NCBI RefSeq assembly: GCF_030144855.1
Contig: NC_082720.1
Coordinates: forward strand, 65,596,001-65,660,000
DNA from: Hypanus sabinus
Taxonomy: Eukaryota
Direction of reading: 5' to 3'
Length of the DNA: 64,000 nucleotides
Of the stretch, positions 13,448 through 25,250 are shown one piece after another. Position 1 is the first letter of the stretch, and each line of letters begins with the position of its first letter. The notes under the pieces are model-generated. The model saw only the letters and a program-made list of their open reading frames with translations, was not told where the DNA came from and searched no databases. Position numbers and translations under genes: made by a program.

Positions 13448-13499
13448 ACACTGTGTGGAAAACTTGCTCCTCAAGTCCCTTTTAATTCCCTTTCAAGTC

Positions 13500-14262
13500 C
13501 CTTTTAGGTCAAATATGATGGCAGAATATAATATTAATGGTGACTCTTGGCAGTGTGGAGGATCAGAAGGATCTTGGGGTCCAAGTCGCTTGGGCGCTCA
13601 AAGTAGCAGTGCAGGTTGACTCTGTGGTTAAGAAGGCATACAGTGTATTGGCCTTCATCAATCATGAAATTCAATTTAGGAGCTGAGAGGTAACATTGCA
13701 GTTATATAGAACCTTGGTCACACCCCTCTTGGAGTACTGTGCTCAGTTCTGGTCGCCTCACTACAGGAAGGATGTGAAAACCATAGAAATTGTGCAAAGG
13801 AGATTTACAGGGATGTTGCCTGGATTGGGGAGCATGCCTTATGAAAACAGGTTGAGTGAACTCGGCCTTTTCTCCTTGGAGCGCTGAAGGATGAGTGGTG
13901 ACCTGATAGAGGTGTACAAGATGATGAGAGGCATTGATTGTGTGGATAGTCAGAGGCTTCTTCCCAGGGCTGAAATGGCTGCCACAAGATGGCACAGGTT
14001 TAAGGTGCTTTAGAGCAGGTACAAAGGAGATGTCAGGGTTAAGTTTTTTACACAGAGAGTGGTGAGCGCGTGGAATGGGCTGCCGACAACAGTGGTGGAG
14101 GTGGATATGATAGGGTCTTTTAACAGACTTTTGGATAAGTACATGGAGCTTAGAAAAATAAAGGGCCATGGGTAAGCCTAGTAATTTCTAATGTAGGGAC
14201 ATGTTTGGCACAAGTTTGCGAGCTGAAGGGCCTGTATTGTGCTGTAGGTTTTCTATGTTTCT
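13500..14262 (+). mobile_element. CR1 LINE 3' fragment
   Basis: LYRTLVTPLLEYCAQFWSPHYRKDV..VQRRFTGMLPGL..YENRLSELGLFSLER is the typical CR1 ORF2 C-terminus, followed by a TTTCTATG tail. Confidence 0.92.
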
Positions 14263-14320
14263 GTGTTCAGTAACTTCCCATTTTTGGATTGTCCAACTTA
14301 GCTATGTCATTCTGAGTTTT

Positions 14321-14511
14321 CATTGGCTCAAGCACATTTAACACCAGTGATGTTTGAACCCGGAGCTGAAGAGAGAGAGGAAGCTGCCCTGCCCTGTGGT
14401 TTTACGCGAAATGCTGTCTCATACAGCATAGAGTCTGTGTGTGTCACTGCGCCCAGAGTTTCTATTCTCAGCAACTGGATTCTGTTACCACCACCTTCCT
14501 CAAAGGTAGGC
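14321..14511 (+). promoter_or_regulatory. Possible promoter and non-coding first exon of the Ig gene
   Basis: Non-repeat stretch with ATTGG (CCAAT) at 14322, GAGGAAG (ETS-like) at about 14377, TGTGGTT (RUNX) at 14395 and a donor AAAG|GTAGGC at 14505/6. The ATG exon at 27112 has an acceptor, so an upstream exon is expected. Motifs only. Confidence 0.25.
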
Positions 14512-15019
14512 GACCTTACCGCAATCTCAATTCAAGGAAAGGAGAGGTTTAAATGGGGTCAGACAATGAACTCAATTTTAATTATCTTGTAGTGTTTAAT
14601 ACTTCGCTCCTTCAATCAGTCCTATTGTTGCAGTCTGTCTCATTGTCCGTTAAACAAGTGCATTAAAACATTATTTATTTGTTCTTCTTCTTGGTTTTCT
14701 CTCAATTGCAATGATGCAGGGTTCTCATAGATCAATTAACAGCATCCCATATTATCAAGGTTTTAAACTTTCCTTCTTGTTGTCTGGACAATAAAACTCT
14801 TTCAATGTCAAAATGGATTTAATTTTTCCTGTTTCCCTGCCAAAGCTCTGGGTGTGTTTGAAGTTCGCTTCTCGCTCACAGTTCTGCTGCCTGTTCAGTT
14901 CATGACCTGAGTAGTGAGGTCAAACTCAGTTGAAGCCATGTTGCTGAGAAGGGTGTATTTGAATATGACAGAGAAATTAAACAGGCAGCTCCTTAATGTG
15001 AAATGAATGGCGCAACAAA

Positions 15020-15660
15020 GGATGAGAAATGTCTTGATAGAAGTGTGGAAGATGATGAGAGGCATTCATTGTGTGGATAGCCAGAGGCTTTTTCCCAGGG
15101 CTGAAATGGTGAATATGAAAGGGCATAGTTTTAAAGTGATTCAGACTGACATATTTTATTGATCCCGAGGGATCAATAGGGTCTTTCAGGAGACTCTTAG
15201 AAAGGTACATGGAGCTTAGAAAAATAGAGGGCTATGTAGTAGGGAAATTCTAAGCATTTTCTAGAGTAGGTTACATGGTCGGTACAACGTTGTGGACTGA
15301 TGGGCCTGTTATGTAGATTTCTATGTTCTATGAAAACATAGATCAATAGCCGTAACTCCAGAATTTCTTCAGTCAGAGGTTTTGTGAGTGTGGTACAAGC
15401 TGCCAGCAAAAATGGTAGTGGACAACAAGGAAGACCATCAACACTTGCAGTGGGATCGAAACCAACTGAAAAAAATAGATTGACAGATGGCAGATGGGAT
15501 TTAAAGCAGACAAGTTGAGGTGTTGCACTTTGGGAGGACAAACAAGGCTCGGCCTTATACAGTGACCAGCAGGGTCCTGAGGAATGTGGCAGAAGAAAGG
15601 TAATCTGGTTATACAGATTTATTATCCGAAAAAGTGTCATCACAGGTAGCTAGCGTGCTG
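15020..15660 (+). mobile_element. CR1 LINE fragments
   Basis: GATAGCCAGAGGCTTTTTCCCAGGGCTGAAATGG and CTTAGAAAAATAGAGGGC blocks shared with other CR1 3' ends. Confidence 0.8.
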
Positions 15661-16027
15661 CACAGTTGTGGATACATTGATCTTCATAAATCAGTATATT
15701 GGGACATAGCTGACACCAAATTTTGAGTATTGGGTGCAGTTTCAATCACCTACGTACAGGAAAGTATCCAAATCAGAATCAGATTTAATATCACCAGTGT
15801 ATCTTGTGAAATTTGTTAACTTTACAGCTGCAGTACAATGAAATATATGATAAATAAATATGGAGATAAAAACTGATTTACATTATATGTCTATTAAATG
15901 GTTAGATTAAAATAAGCCATGCAAAAATAACAGAAATAAAGAAGCAGTGACTTAGTGCTTCTGGGTTCAACGTCCATTTAGTGAATGCCTTCAGGCTTCT
16001 GTACCTCCTTCCCGATGGTCACCATAT

Positions 16028-16311
16028 TGTTACGTACCCCATAACTGGGTGTCTGACCAGCAGCGAAAGAAGAATCCGTTGGAGTCTGGTGGTACCAAAC
16101 TAAAGGTGTTTATTAGTAAACTACACAATACAATATCAAAAATGCAAATATACATATAAAACAAGTTAGCAGTAATAAACCTAAAAGTGTAGGAATAATA
16201 ATGCAATAATAAACAAGCTCTATTGATGTCTAGGGGTAAATGAATTGTCATAGAAAAGTATAGAGTTCAGTTCATAAATGCTGAAGTAATTATGGTTGTT
16301 GTATTGAAATC

Positions 16312-16386
<75 letters not shown>

Positions 16387-17003
16387 GTAACAGCTACAGC
16401 AGCCAAACTTTCCTTTGCTTTCTTAATCCGTCGTATCATTGTGGTCATTCAGTTATGACCCCTCTGGTCTTCAGCTGGACCATTCTTCTGTGGTGGACTC
16501 GTCACTCTAGCATGAATGGACACACACACAAGTCCCCACCGGCCCTGCTGTAACACTGTGAGCTTTACTGACTGATCTCCTGGTTCGGTCTTTGAAGCCC
16601 CCACCTTTCTGTGGGTTCCCAACACTTAGTCAGTGTCCATGGGTGTGTCTGAAGGGTGTCTCTCCAGACCTGTCTTTTTATCCCCACTCACGGGGTCTCA
16701 GCTATCCATCAACTCTGAATGACCGTGTTCATCAAATCAGGCCACTCCTGCTGTCTCCTGAGGAATGTTAATGAGCAAAGTACAGTCCTTGTAGTGGAAG
16801 GTAAATAATCCAGGAAGAGTCATAATACAGTAAATCAACTGTCTCTCTCCCCCTCTTATCTGTAGCAGATGTTCTTGCCTGGGCTTTATCTCTCTCTCAT
16901 GAGCAGCATAACAAAAGCAATAGTTCGTAGTCCTCAGGAGGGGGGTTGGGAATGGTTAACTCTGCACCCCATTGTCCATCAGGTCTGTCCATCACTCATA
17001 ACA
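16028..17003. mobile_element. Solo LTR (976 bp) with 4-bp TSD
   Basis: Termini TGTTA...TAACA, with ATAT at both 16024-16027 and 17004-17007. Confidence 0.88.
16315..16380. repeat. (GA)n microsatellite
   Basis: Perfect GA dinucleotide run of about 65 bp inside the solo LTR. Confidence 0.99.
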
Positions 17004-17859
17004 ATATGAAGAGGGCATAGTGTGGCTCCTTAATAATGGATGCCACATTCCTAAGGCACAGCTTCTTGAAGATATCTGGAATACTATGGAGGCTGGTACC
17101 CATGATGGAGCTGACTAATTTTACAAGTTTCTGCAATTTATTTCAATCTTGTGCAGTAGCCCCCACCCACCACCTCAATTTCAGACAGTGATACAGCCAG
17201 TCAGAATGTTCTCAGCAATACATTTGTAAAAGTTTTTGAGTGTTTTGGTTGCCAAAACAAATCTTCTCAAATTCCTAATGAAATATAGCCACTGTCCTGC
17301 CTATTTTAATGGCTATTTACAACTGCATCAATATTTTGCACCCAGGTTGGTTCCTCAGCGATATTGACACCCAGGAATTTGAAATTGTTCACTCTCTCCA
17401 CTTTGGATCCCTCTATGAAAGTTCATTTGTGTTCCCTCATCTTACCCTCCCTGAAGTCCACAATCAGCTCTTCGATCTTATTAACGTTTTCTGCAAGGTT
17501 GTTGCTGTGACACCACTCAACTAAATGGTATGTCTCACTCTTGTACACCCTTTCACCACCATCTGAAATTCTGCCAACAATGATCGTGTCATCAGCAAAT
17601 TTCTTAGTGCTGTTTGAGCTAAGCCTAGCCACACATCATGGGTGTAGAGAGAGTAGAACAGTGGGCTAAGCACACATTCTTGTGGAGCATCAATGTTAAT
17701 TGTCAATGAGGTGGAGATGTTATTTTCAAATTGTACAGATGGTGGTCTTCCAGTTTGGAAGCCAAGGATCCAGTTGCAGAAGTCTAGGTCTGTAGCTTTT
17801 CGATCAGCACTATAGGAATGATGGCATTAAATGCTGAGCCCTAGTCAATAAACAAATAT

Positions 17860-18350
17860 CAATAAGTTAGAAAAAATTCAGAGAAAATTTACAATGATGT
17901 TGCTGGGACTCGTGGGCATAAGATATAAGGAAAGGTTGAATAGGTTAGGACTTTATTTCCTGTGGTGTAGGAGAATGAGGAGTGATTTAATAGAGTTAGA
18001 CTAATTATGGGGGGTATAGGTAGGGCAAATGCAAGCAGACTTTTTCCAGTGACGTTTGGTGAGATTAGAACTAGAGGTCATAGGTTCAGAGTGAAAAGTA
18101 AATAAATTAAGGGAAAAGTAACAGAGAACTTCTTCAGAGTGTGGAATGAGGTGTCACCAGAAGTGGGGAATGTGGGTTTAATTGCAGCTCTTAAGAGAGA
18201 CTTGGATAAATACATGGATGGGAAGGATATGGAGGGTTTTGGTCCAGGTGTAGGTCGCTGGGACTAAGCAGAATAATAGTTTGTCATGGACCGGATGGAG
18301 TGCTGTTCCTGTTTCTGTGCTGTAGTGCTCTGTGACTCTATGACTCTATG
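17860..18350 (+). mobile_element. CR1 LINE 3' end
   Basis: CR1 ORF2 C-terminal sequence with an (CTATGACT)-like tail. Confidence 0.8.
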
Positions 18351-18439
18351 TTAGTTTAATTGCAACATTTTAGTGAAGTCAGCAGAGTACATAGATGTAA
18401 GAGGTAAATGGAGGACCATGGTCTGAGTGCAGATAGAAG

Positions 18440-19000
18440 TGTAACATGCTCTGGGGTTTCACGGCTGTGTAACATGGTGTAAGGTTTCTCTGATAACGTA
18501 ATGGTTTCTCAGTAGCAGCAATGTTTGGGTTACAACTTGAGATAACAGGGTTTGGAATGCTGATGTTCTTGTGAGTCTGGAAGAGAGATTTTCACAGTCT
18601 TTTGCTGGGGTGAGATGAGGAGAGAAGACGCGAATGGAGAGAGTTGGTAGACTGCTGGATGGAGTGGACTTGGAGCAAGATTCTGAAGGGCAGCAATGAT
18701 CGGAGGAGGTCAATACTGGACGATTGGCTTATCAGTGAGCTCCGACATTGCACAACAGACTGTTTAATAAGATTGGGCCCTTTTTTTTCTTTTTTTGTTT
18801 CTTTACTAACAATATAGTCAAAGTAAGAATTATAAAGCTTAATTGTTTAATCATATATTGTGTACCGTTAATTATTTTGAATTACTGATTTGTAACAGGG
18901 ACACATTGCACAGCATCCACCCAAACAAGAATTCTTAAGTTTGACCGGGTTAGCGGCTATCATCCCCTATATTAAGCCACCAGCTGAAGTGAGAGTTACA
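18440..19000. mobile_element. Probable solo LTR abutting the ERV 3' end
   Basis: TGTAAC...GTTACA termini and no coding content. No TSD recognisable. Confidence 0.6.
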
Positions 19001-19049
19001 TTTGTAGGGGCAATTATGGGGGCGAGAGTTACAATTGTGAGGTTGTTGT

Positions 19050-20369
19050 CATTCAAACAAACTTTCAAAATCCCTCCTGTATGCTGATTGTCAGGGCAAA
19101 TCAAATAACATGCTGATTCAAATAATGATATTGTCAGGGAATCCAGAACAACACGTGGACCCAGACTCTGACAAAGGCAGGAAACAAGGGAAGGTCCTAG
19201 GCACAGCAGGAGCCCTACTACCAGGTTTATTAGAAGAAGCCTTAACACATATTGTGCTAGCATGGCCCTCTATCCCTCCAAAAGGTCTCCCAATCCCTTT
19301 GGGGTTGTAATCATGAAATTCTTTTCCCATTTTTTGAATTTGTTCTACACTTTTCTGTATATAGTCCACTAAAAGGGAAATATATTTGGATTCATTGGTG
19401 ATGTAGGTGACCCATAATGGTGGGCAATCCCCCCTTCTCAGCTAATATAAAATCAAGGGCCACCCTATTCTGCAGGGTGACTTTTCATATCACTATTACC
19501 TCAGCCATAAGTTCCCTGATTTGTTGCTGTGTTTCCTCTAAGGCTGAGGTGACATCATTAGCTATTTTCTCTAGGGTGTTGGTTAATTTTATAACTTCTG
19601 AGGATATCCACCCTGTTCCCCAAGGGAGAAATATAAATATCCAAAATTGTTCAGCCTCAAAGATAGCCCTCTTCATCTGTTTGGGAAATTCCATTCATCG
19701 TGGTGGTCCTCATGCTTGACAAGAGGGGCAGATAGGGGTAGTAGAAAGCCCCCCCATTCCCATGTGAGCCAAGAGAATGCCTGATCAACACACATAAGTC
19801 CCCTTTAGAGTCCATAGGATCCCCATGGAAGAATTGGTCCCATCAGCTCAATAGGTGCTCTGTTGAGCACATTTACTTCAGCCCATAAAACTGCTTCCAT
19901 TTTCCTAACAGCAACAATCGCCAACCTTCTGCAGGATTACTTGTAACATCGGGGGTGCAGGATTAATCAAATTATAGAGGAGATACCACCATCCTTTAAA
20001 CTGATTGTCTCAGGGTTGCATTACTGGGTCCTTATAGGTAATGTGGGGATACTAGAGGGTGATAGTATGCCCCAACCCCGATATATTCCCAAAGCACCAG
20101 GATCCAAAATACCCTTTCATAAAGGGTCAATAGTCTATGGTCTCATTTTGATTAAATGGGTTGGATACTAATGGTACCTCAGAACCAGAGTTGGTGGGTA
20201 TGGCTATGCAGATCCAGCAAATTGATATGTTCTTGCAAGGTGCGTATTCATAAGTCATACGCATAAAATAATTAGGTAGCGGGTGTGCTATTCCCTGTTC
20301 CCCTGCTCCTCCTGCAACCCTCCCCCACATCCCTTTTAATGCTATCAGTATCAGCAGGAGGATACTCAA
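19050..20369 (-). pseudogene. env: ERV env remnant
   Basis: Signal peptide MSILLLILIALKGMWG, CWIC motif, cleavage site QMKR|AIFEAEQFWIFIFLPWG, heptad, ISD LQNRVALDFILAEKGG (19475-19428) and TM AQYVLRLLLINLVVGLLLCLG. Stops and frameshifts present. Confidence 0.92.
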
Positions 20370-23300
20370 CTGATGGGTTTTTTGACTTGCTTTCGGTTAC
20401 CATCAATCCATTCAGCTCTTCCTTCAAGTTTGAGTGCTGTCCTGGTGACCAGCAACACTTGGAATGACCCTTTTCATCTAGGAGGAAGAATCCTTTTACA
20501 TTGTTTTTGCATACACCATGTTGTCTGGCTTAAAAGGATGAGTGTTTCCTCATCCAGCTGAGGTAGGGCTTCTTCCACTTGTTTTTGGTTCTCCTTGACA
20601 AGTCTTTACTATTTCTAAAGTTTTCTCATCATTCCAGATCCAGGGAGTATTTTCTCCTCCTATTGGGAGGGCAGGAACCTGCAGGCATGGGTGGCCCCAT
20701 TAGGACTTCAAATGGTGTTAATTTAGTGGTCCTGCTGACATTTATTAGTGACATAATTTAGTGGTTCTGCAAGGTAGGGAAGACTACCGACAAGGCCTCA
20801 TTTTAGTCAGTGTCCTGATAAACGGGGAAGAATCTCTGACATGAGGGCCTTGACTACAATCCTTTTATCATTTTTGCGAGTCAAGAAGGTTTCTACCCAT
20901 TTAGAAAACATGTAAGTGTTTAGACCCTCCACTAGTTGGCCTGTGCACAAATTGATCTGTAGTCTAGAAAAGGTGGTCTCCGCAGGGGGTAAGTGGTCAA
21001 ACTTATCTGGTGTTTTCCCTCTGTTTGTCTGATATATCTCATAGCTCTGAACAACACATCAGGCCATGATAGTTACTCCATTGTTGTAATATTTTGTGTA
21101 TAATGCCACTTTTTCCAACATATCCTTTCCCATGATACAAGCTGACAAGGATATGTAGGAGATTCTGGTGATAAGCAAGTCACTCCTCTGAGTGGCAGCA
21201 AATGCCCTGGGGATCGGGGGCACATTGGGCTTTGGCCCACCTCTCTCTTTCTCTCTGGTGCCTGCCGCTGAGCGGTGGCCATTTCCTGGAGTGAAATGGT
21301 GGTGGATGGAGAGGCATGAGCCACAGCCTGCAGGGAAACCTCTTTGGTGGTCATGTGTTGGGCAGTTCCATCCACAGCTCTAGCGTCAAGGGCAATAGTG
21401 TCTGTTGAGTTGGTATGAATTTTGTGCTTGAATATTGCTAATCTTCATGCCATCTGTACTGCCTGGAAAAGATTTGTGATTAGGTGGGCATGTTTAATGG
21501 GTTTACCCAAAGATGTTATGAAGCCCCATCACTTCTACAGAGTACTGAAATCATGGACCACACCAAAAACATAGCTGGAGTTAATGTAGATGTTAGCGAT
21601 TTTACAGGTTCGGGTTAGGGCAAACAATTCGGCTGCCTTTCCTGGTGTTCAAGTCAAGTCAAGTTACTTTTTATTGTCATTTTGACCATAACTGCTGGTA
21701 CAGTGCACAATAAAAATGAGACAACATTTTTCAGGACTATGGTGCTACATGAAACAGTACAAAAGCTACACTGAACTACGTAAAAAATACACTGACTACA
21801 GACCTGCCCAGGACTGCATAAAGTGCACAAAACAGTACAGGCATTACAATAAATAATAAAGAAGACAATAGGCACTGTAGAGGGTAGTAAGTTGGTTCCT
21901 GGAGAAAGGAATGCAGTTTCTAGCATCTCGAGGGGGATTCTACTGCATATCTGCCAGAATGGTTATTAGGCTTATGAGTGGACCCATCTGTAAAAAGGAT
22001 CAGGTCTGGGTTGTCTAATAGGGTGGAGTGGAGGTCTGGTCAGGGTGAGGTTACTGTCTCAACTACCTCCAAACAACTAGGAAGCTCAGTTGGTTCGGGA
22101 TAGGGTGCCAGGGTAAAAGGGTTAAGTGCTTGAAACACTTAAATGCGAGATTGAGTTTACTAAGGAGAATGACCTCGTAGCCCGTCCAGCAGACTGTGGT
22201 GAAATGTTGGATGGCCACTGAATTGGGAAGTAGCAACACCACTTGGGGTGCCAAGACCATGCAGGAGTGTTCAAGTATTAACAAAGTTGTCTTCTCAACC
22301 ATCAGTGCCTTGGCGGCCACTGTTTGCAGGCAAACCAGCATTCCACAAACGATGGCGGGGGGGGGGGGGAGAAGCGGAGAGTCGAGTAGTAGGCAATGGG
22401 TCATCAAAGTCCTCTATGTTCTTGGACAGCATTGGTGAAACCCTGGTGTAATCTGTCGGACCAAGAGTGGGGACTTGCAGCAGGGATTGGCGTAGTGTGG
22501 CGAAAGCAGCCTCCCTTTCCTCGGTCCACTGAATAGTGTCTGGCACATTCTGGGCTTGCGTCAGAGGGCTCTATACTCTGGGACCCACTGACGACAGTAG
22601 TTGGTGATGCCCAGGAAGGTTATTAGCTGTTTCGTTGTCGTGGTCCTAGGTACTTGGGCGATAACAGCTGTGCGCTCCAGCCCAAGTCTTCTGAAGTCTC
22701 CCAGCAGCGCATATCCTTGGTATGTAGCAATTGATTGGCAGTACTAATGTTTTGATAGAGAAGTACGGTGATCTCTTGCAGCTAGGTGACTCAGAATGAT
22801 GACCGAGTCCTGTCTGCAAACGGGCAGATTCATGGAAGCCAGCAACAGGTCGTCAGTGTACTATAACAACGCCATTTCTTCCTAGTGGGGCAAATCAGCC
22901 AGATCATCACAAACTGTTGAACTTTGTATCCTTGGGGAAGACGTGTCCAGCTGTACTGATGGCTGTTGTAGGTAAAGGCAAATAGATATTGGCTATCCTC
23001 GTGAAAGGGGATGGAGAAGAAGGCAGAACACGAGTCAACCACCATGTACCAACGACTCTACAAGTGAATAGAGGTCAGCATAACATTGACATCTGGCACC
23101 ACCGGCTCATTAGGTTGTAGTATCTGGTTAATGGCCCGCAGATCTTGAACGAAGTGCCACTCTTCAGTTTGCCCCAGATGAATGGGTATTGCACGGGCTT
23201 TGTATTAGTCAGAGAACCCTTGCTGGAGTTGAGTCTCCACCATTGGTTTGACTCTTAACAAGGCTTCTAGCGACATGCGGTACTAACGGTTGGAAGACAG

Positions 23301-24250
23301 GTGGAAGTTCCGCTTCAGGACTAGTTGGTGAGGGGCCACGGTCTTGACTAGTCCCTCCTGATGTTTGCTTTTTGCCCAAAGTTTCGGATCTTCTCAACTA
23401 AGTTCTGCTGGCTCCATCCACTGGCCAGGGGTTGCGAGCTGACGGCGCGAGAATATTCCTTCCCTCCCCTCCCTAAAGTTGTCACTGTGATTCCAGAATC
23501 CGGAGTGAGGAAATGGATTCCTGGACGTAAAGCGTTAGCTAGGCGCCAAGTCGGCTCGCACTCTTTCACCATGGGCCCCAGGTCTTTGGGTTTCAAGTCG
23601 AGGGACGCATGCAAGCTTGAGATCTCTGCCTCAAGAAACAACTGGGTTTGAGCGTGTTCAAAGCCAGTGTCCAAGCCAACATCTACGACCAGCCCTTTCT
23701 GACCGAAGGCTACAATTCCACCCGAGCTCAATGGCCAGTGAAAGGCGGCGGTACAGTGCAACATAGTAGCGGCACGGCAAGTATTTACGAATTCCTCAAC
23801 ATACCCTTTCCCTTTTATTTGTGTTAATATGTCCTGTCACGGCCAATTACCCCATGGGAGACCTTCCACATGCCAGGCGTATAATGCCGCCTGAGTAGCA
23901 GGGGACCCCACTCTTTGGTACATCATAGTGCGAAGCTCAGTAACCTTCTTCAGGAAACTTAAGAAACAAGCCTTCGAGGGTGCAGTGGATAATGGCGTTC
24001 TATTTACAAAGTGGTCGGCCTAACAGATTTACAGGTGAATTATTAGCTGCCTCCCTATTATCCTAACTTCCACGGAATCAGAAACCGAGTCGACCATGGA
24101 AACTCTGGCTATCCCACAGACCACTTCGGAACTTTTAGGAAGTGCCACAGGAGGGCTTACAGATGACAAGGTGGCACCCGAATCAACCAGGCCAGATACT
24201 CTTTTGTCTGCTACTTCAATTTCCAGGAGAGGGCCCTCTCTTGTATTTTC
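20370..24250 (-). pseudogene. pol: ERV pro-pol remnant (protease, 2H-like insert, RT, RNase H, integrase)
   Basis: LVDSGAT at about 24180, HCT/HAS segment at 23348-23764, RT motifs at 22830-23045, connection region WTGYEVILLS, and GPY/F-like integrase end at about 20400-20470. Confidence 0.92.
21648..21898 (-). mobile_element. Short LINE 3'-end insertion within ERV pol
   Basis: Begins with a (CAAGT)n tail complement followed by TTTATTGTCATT, as in other Rex-like 3' ends. It interrupts the retroviral sequence. Confidence 0.7.
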
Positions 24251-24261
24251 TGACATCATGG

Positions 24262-25250
24262 TCAGACGTCCTCCCCTCCTGGCTGCCTTTCTGTGGTCCG
24301 AAGGATTGGGGAGGGTAAAAGGGGTTTTTTGTCGAGTAATTTTGAGACCTGGACCCTCTTCCTCGCCCCTATTGTCTTTCTCTGTGTTGCAGGGCGGCAG
24401 TCCCCGGCCCAGTGTCCCCTCTTTCCACACTTTCTGCAAACCCATTTTCTACAGTCCTTAGCTCGGTGTCCTCTTCGCCCGCACTGATCCTGCGATCCGT
24501 TTGAGGTTTTCGGTCGGGACCCAAACTCCGACGCCTGATTAACCGGTTCTCTGCGCATGGTCTCTTTTTTTTCATAGTCCATTTAAAGAGTCAATTGCGC
24601 TACATATTAATCAGAATTTGAGTCACCTCAGGTCGCATCTGAAATTTCCAGTTGGTGGAGGATTTCCCTCCACGCCACTCTGTCTCGACAGTTGTTAACG
24701 TCATTTGTTTGGTTTTTTTATTGAGACTGACATATTGGGAAATCATGTATTGGCAGGTTACAGTAGTGGTTTGCCTTTGCCTTTTGCCGGGTGGGTTTAA
24801 AGAGATCACCACTTCTCTTCTTGGTGGATCAGATTTAAATGAGTGGGCAATCCCGGCTCTGGGGTGTGGGGGCGGGTGTTTAGAAAAGTTTGCGTGGCCA
24901 GCTGGCCATTCTGATACTTGGGAATCCGATGCAGGCATTGGACTCCCAAGTATCCTTAAAACGAGCAATGAAGTCCGCACGGGATTCTCCTTTATTTTTC
25001 GGTAGACATTGGATAACCTCTCCAAAATCCCCGAGTTGTCGGGCTGTCATTAAATTGGATTCCCTTCATTTAGCGACTCACTGCTCAGTGGCTTGTCTTA
25101 CATCGCCCCCCCCCCCCCCACCTAGCGGGCGATCCCGGGGTATCAGCAGCTCACCCGGCCATTTCTTTGTCTTCTTGTACTTCTCGATATTCTTCATCGT
25201 GGTGTCGTTTTGCGGTACATGTATTTTATTTTTAAGAACACTTGGGCATC
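24262..25250 (-). pseudogene. gag: ERV gag remnant
   Basis: QCGRRGHRAKDC and CRKCGKRGHWAGDC knuckles directly upstream of the protease. The 5' part is frameshifted and its start is uncertain. Confidence 0.85.

Larger units (their letters stand above)
15770..17830 (-). mobile_element. Rex1/Babar-like LINE fragment interrupted by a solo LTR
   Basis: PQECVLSPLFYSLYTHD and KKFADDTIIVGRISDG RT motifs. The LINE sequence continues across the LTR insertion. Confidence 0.85.
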
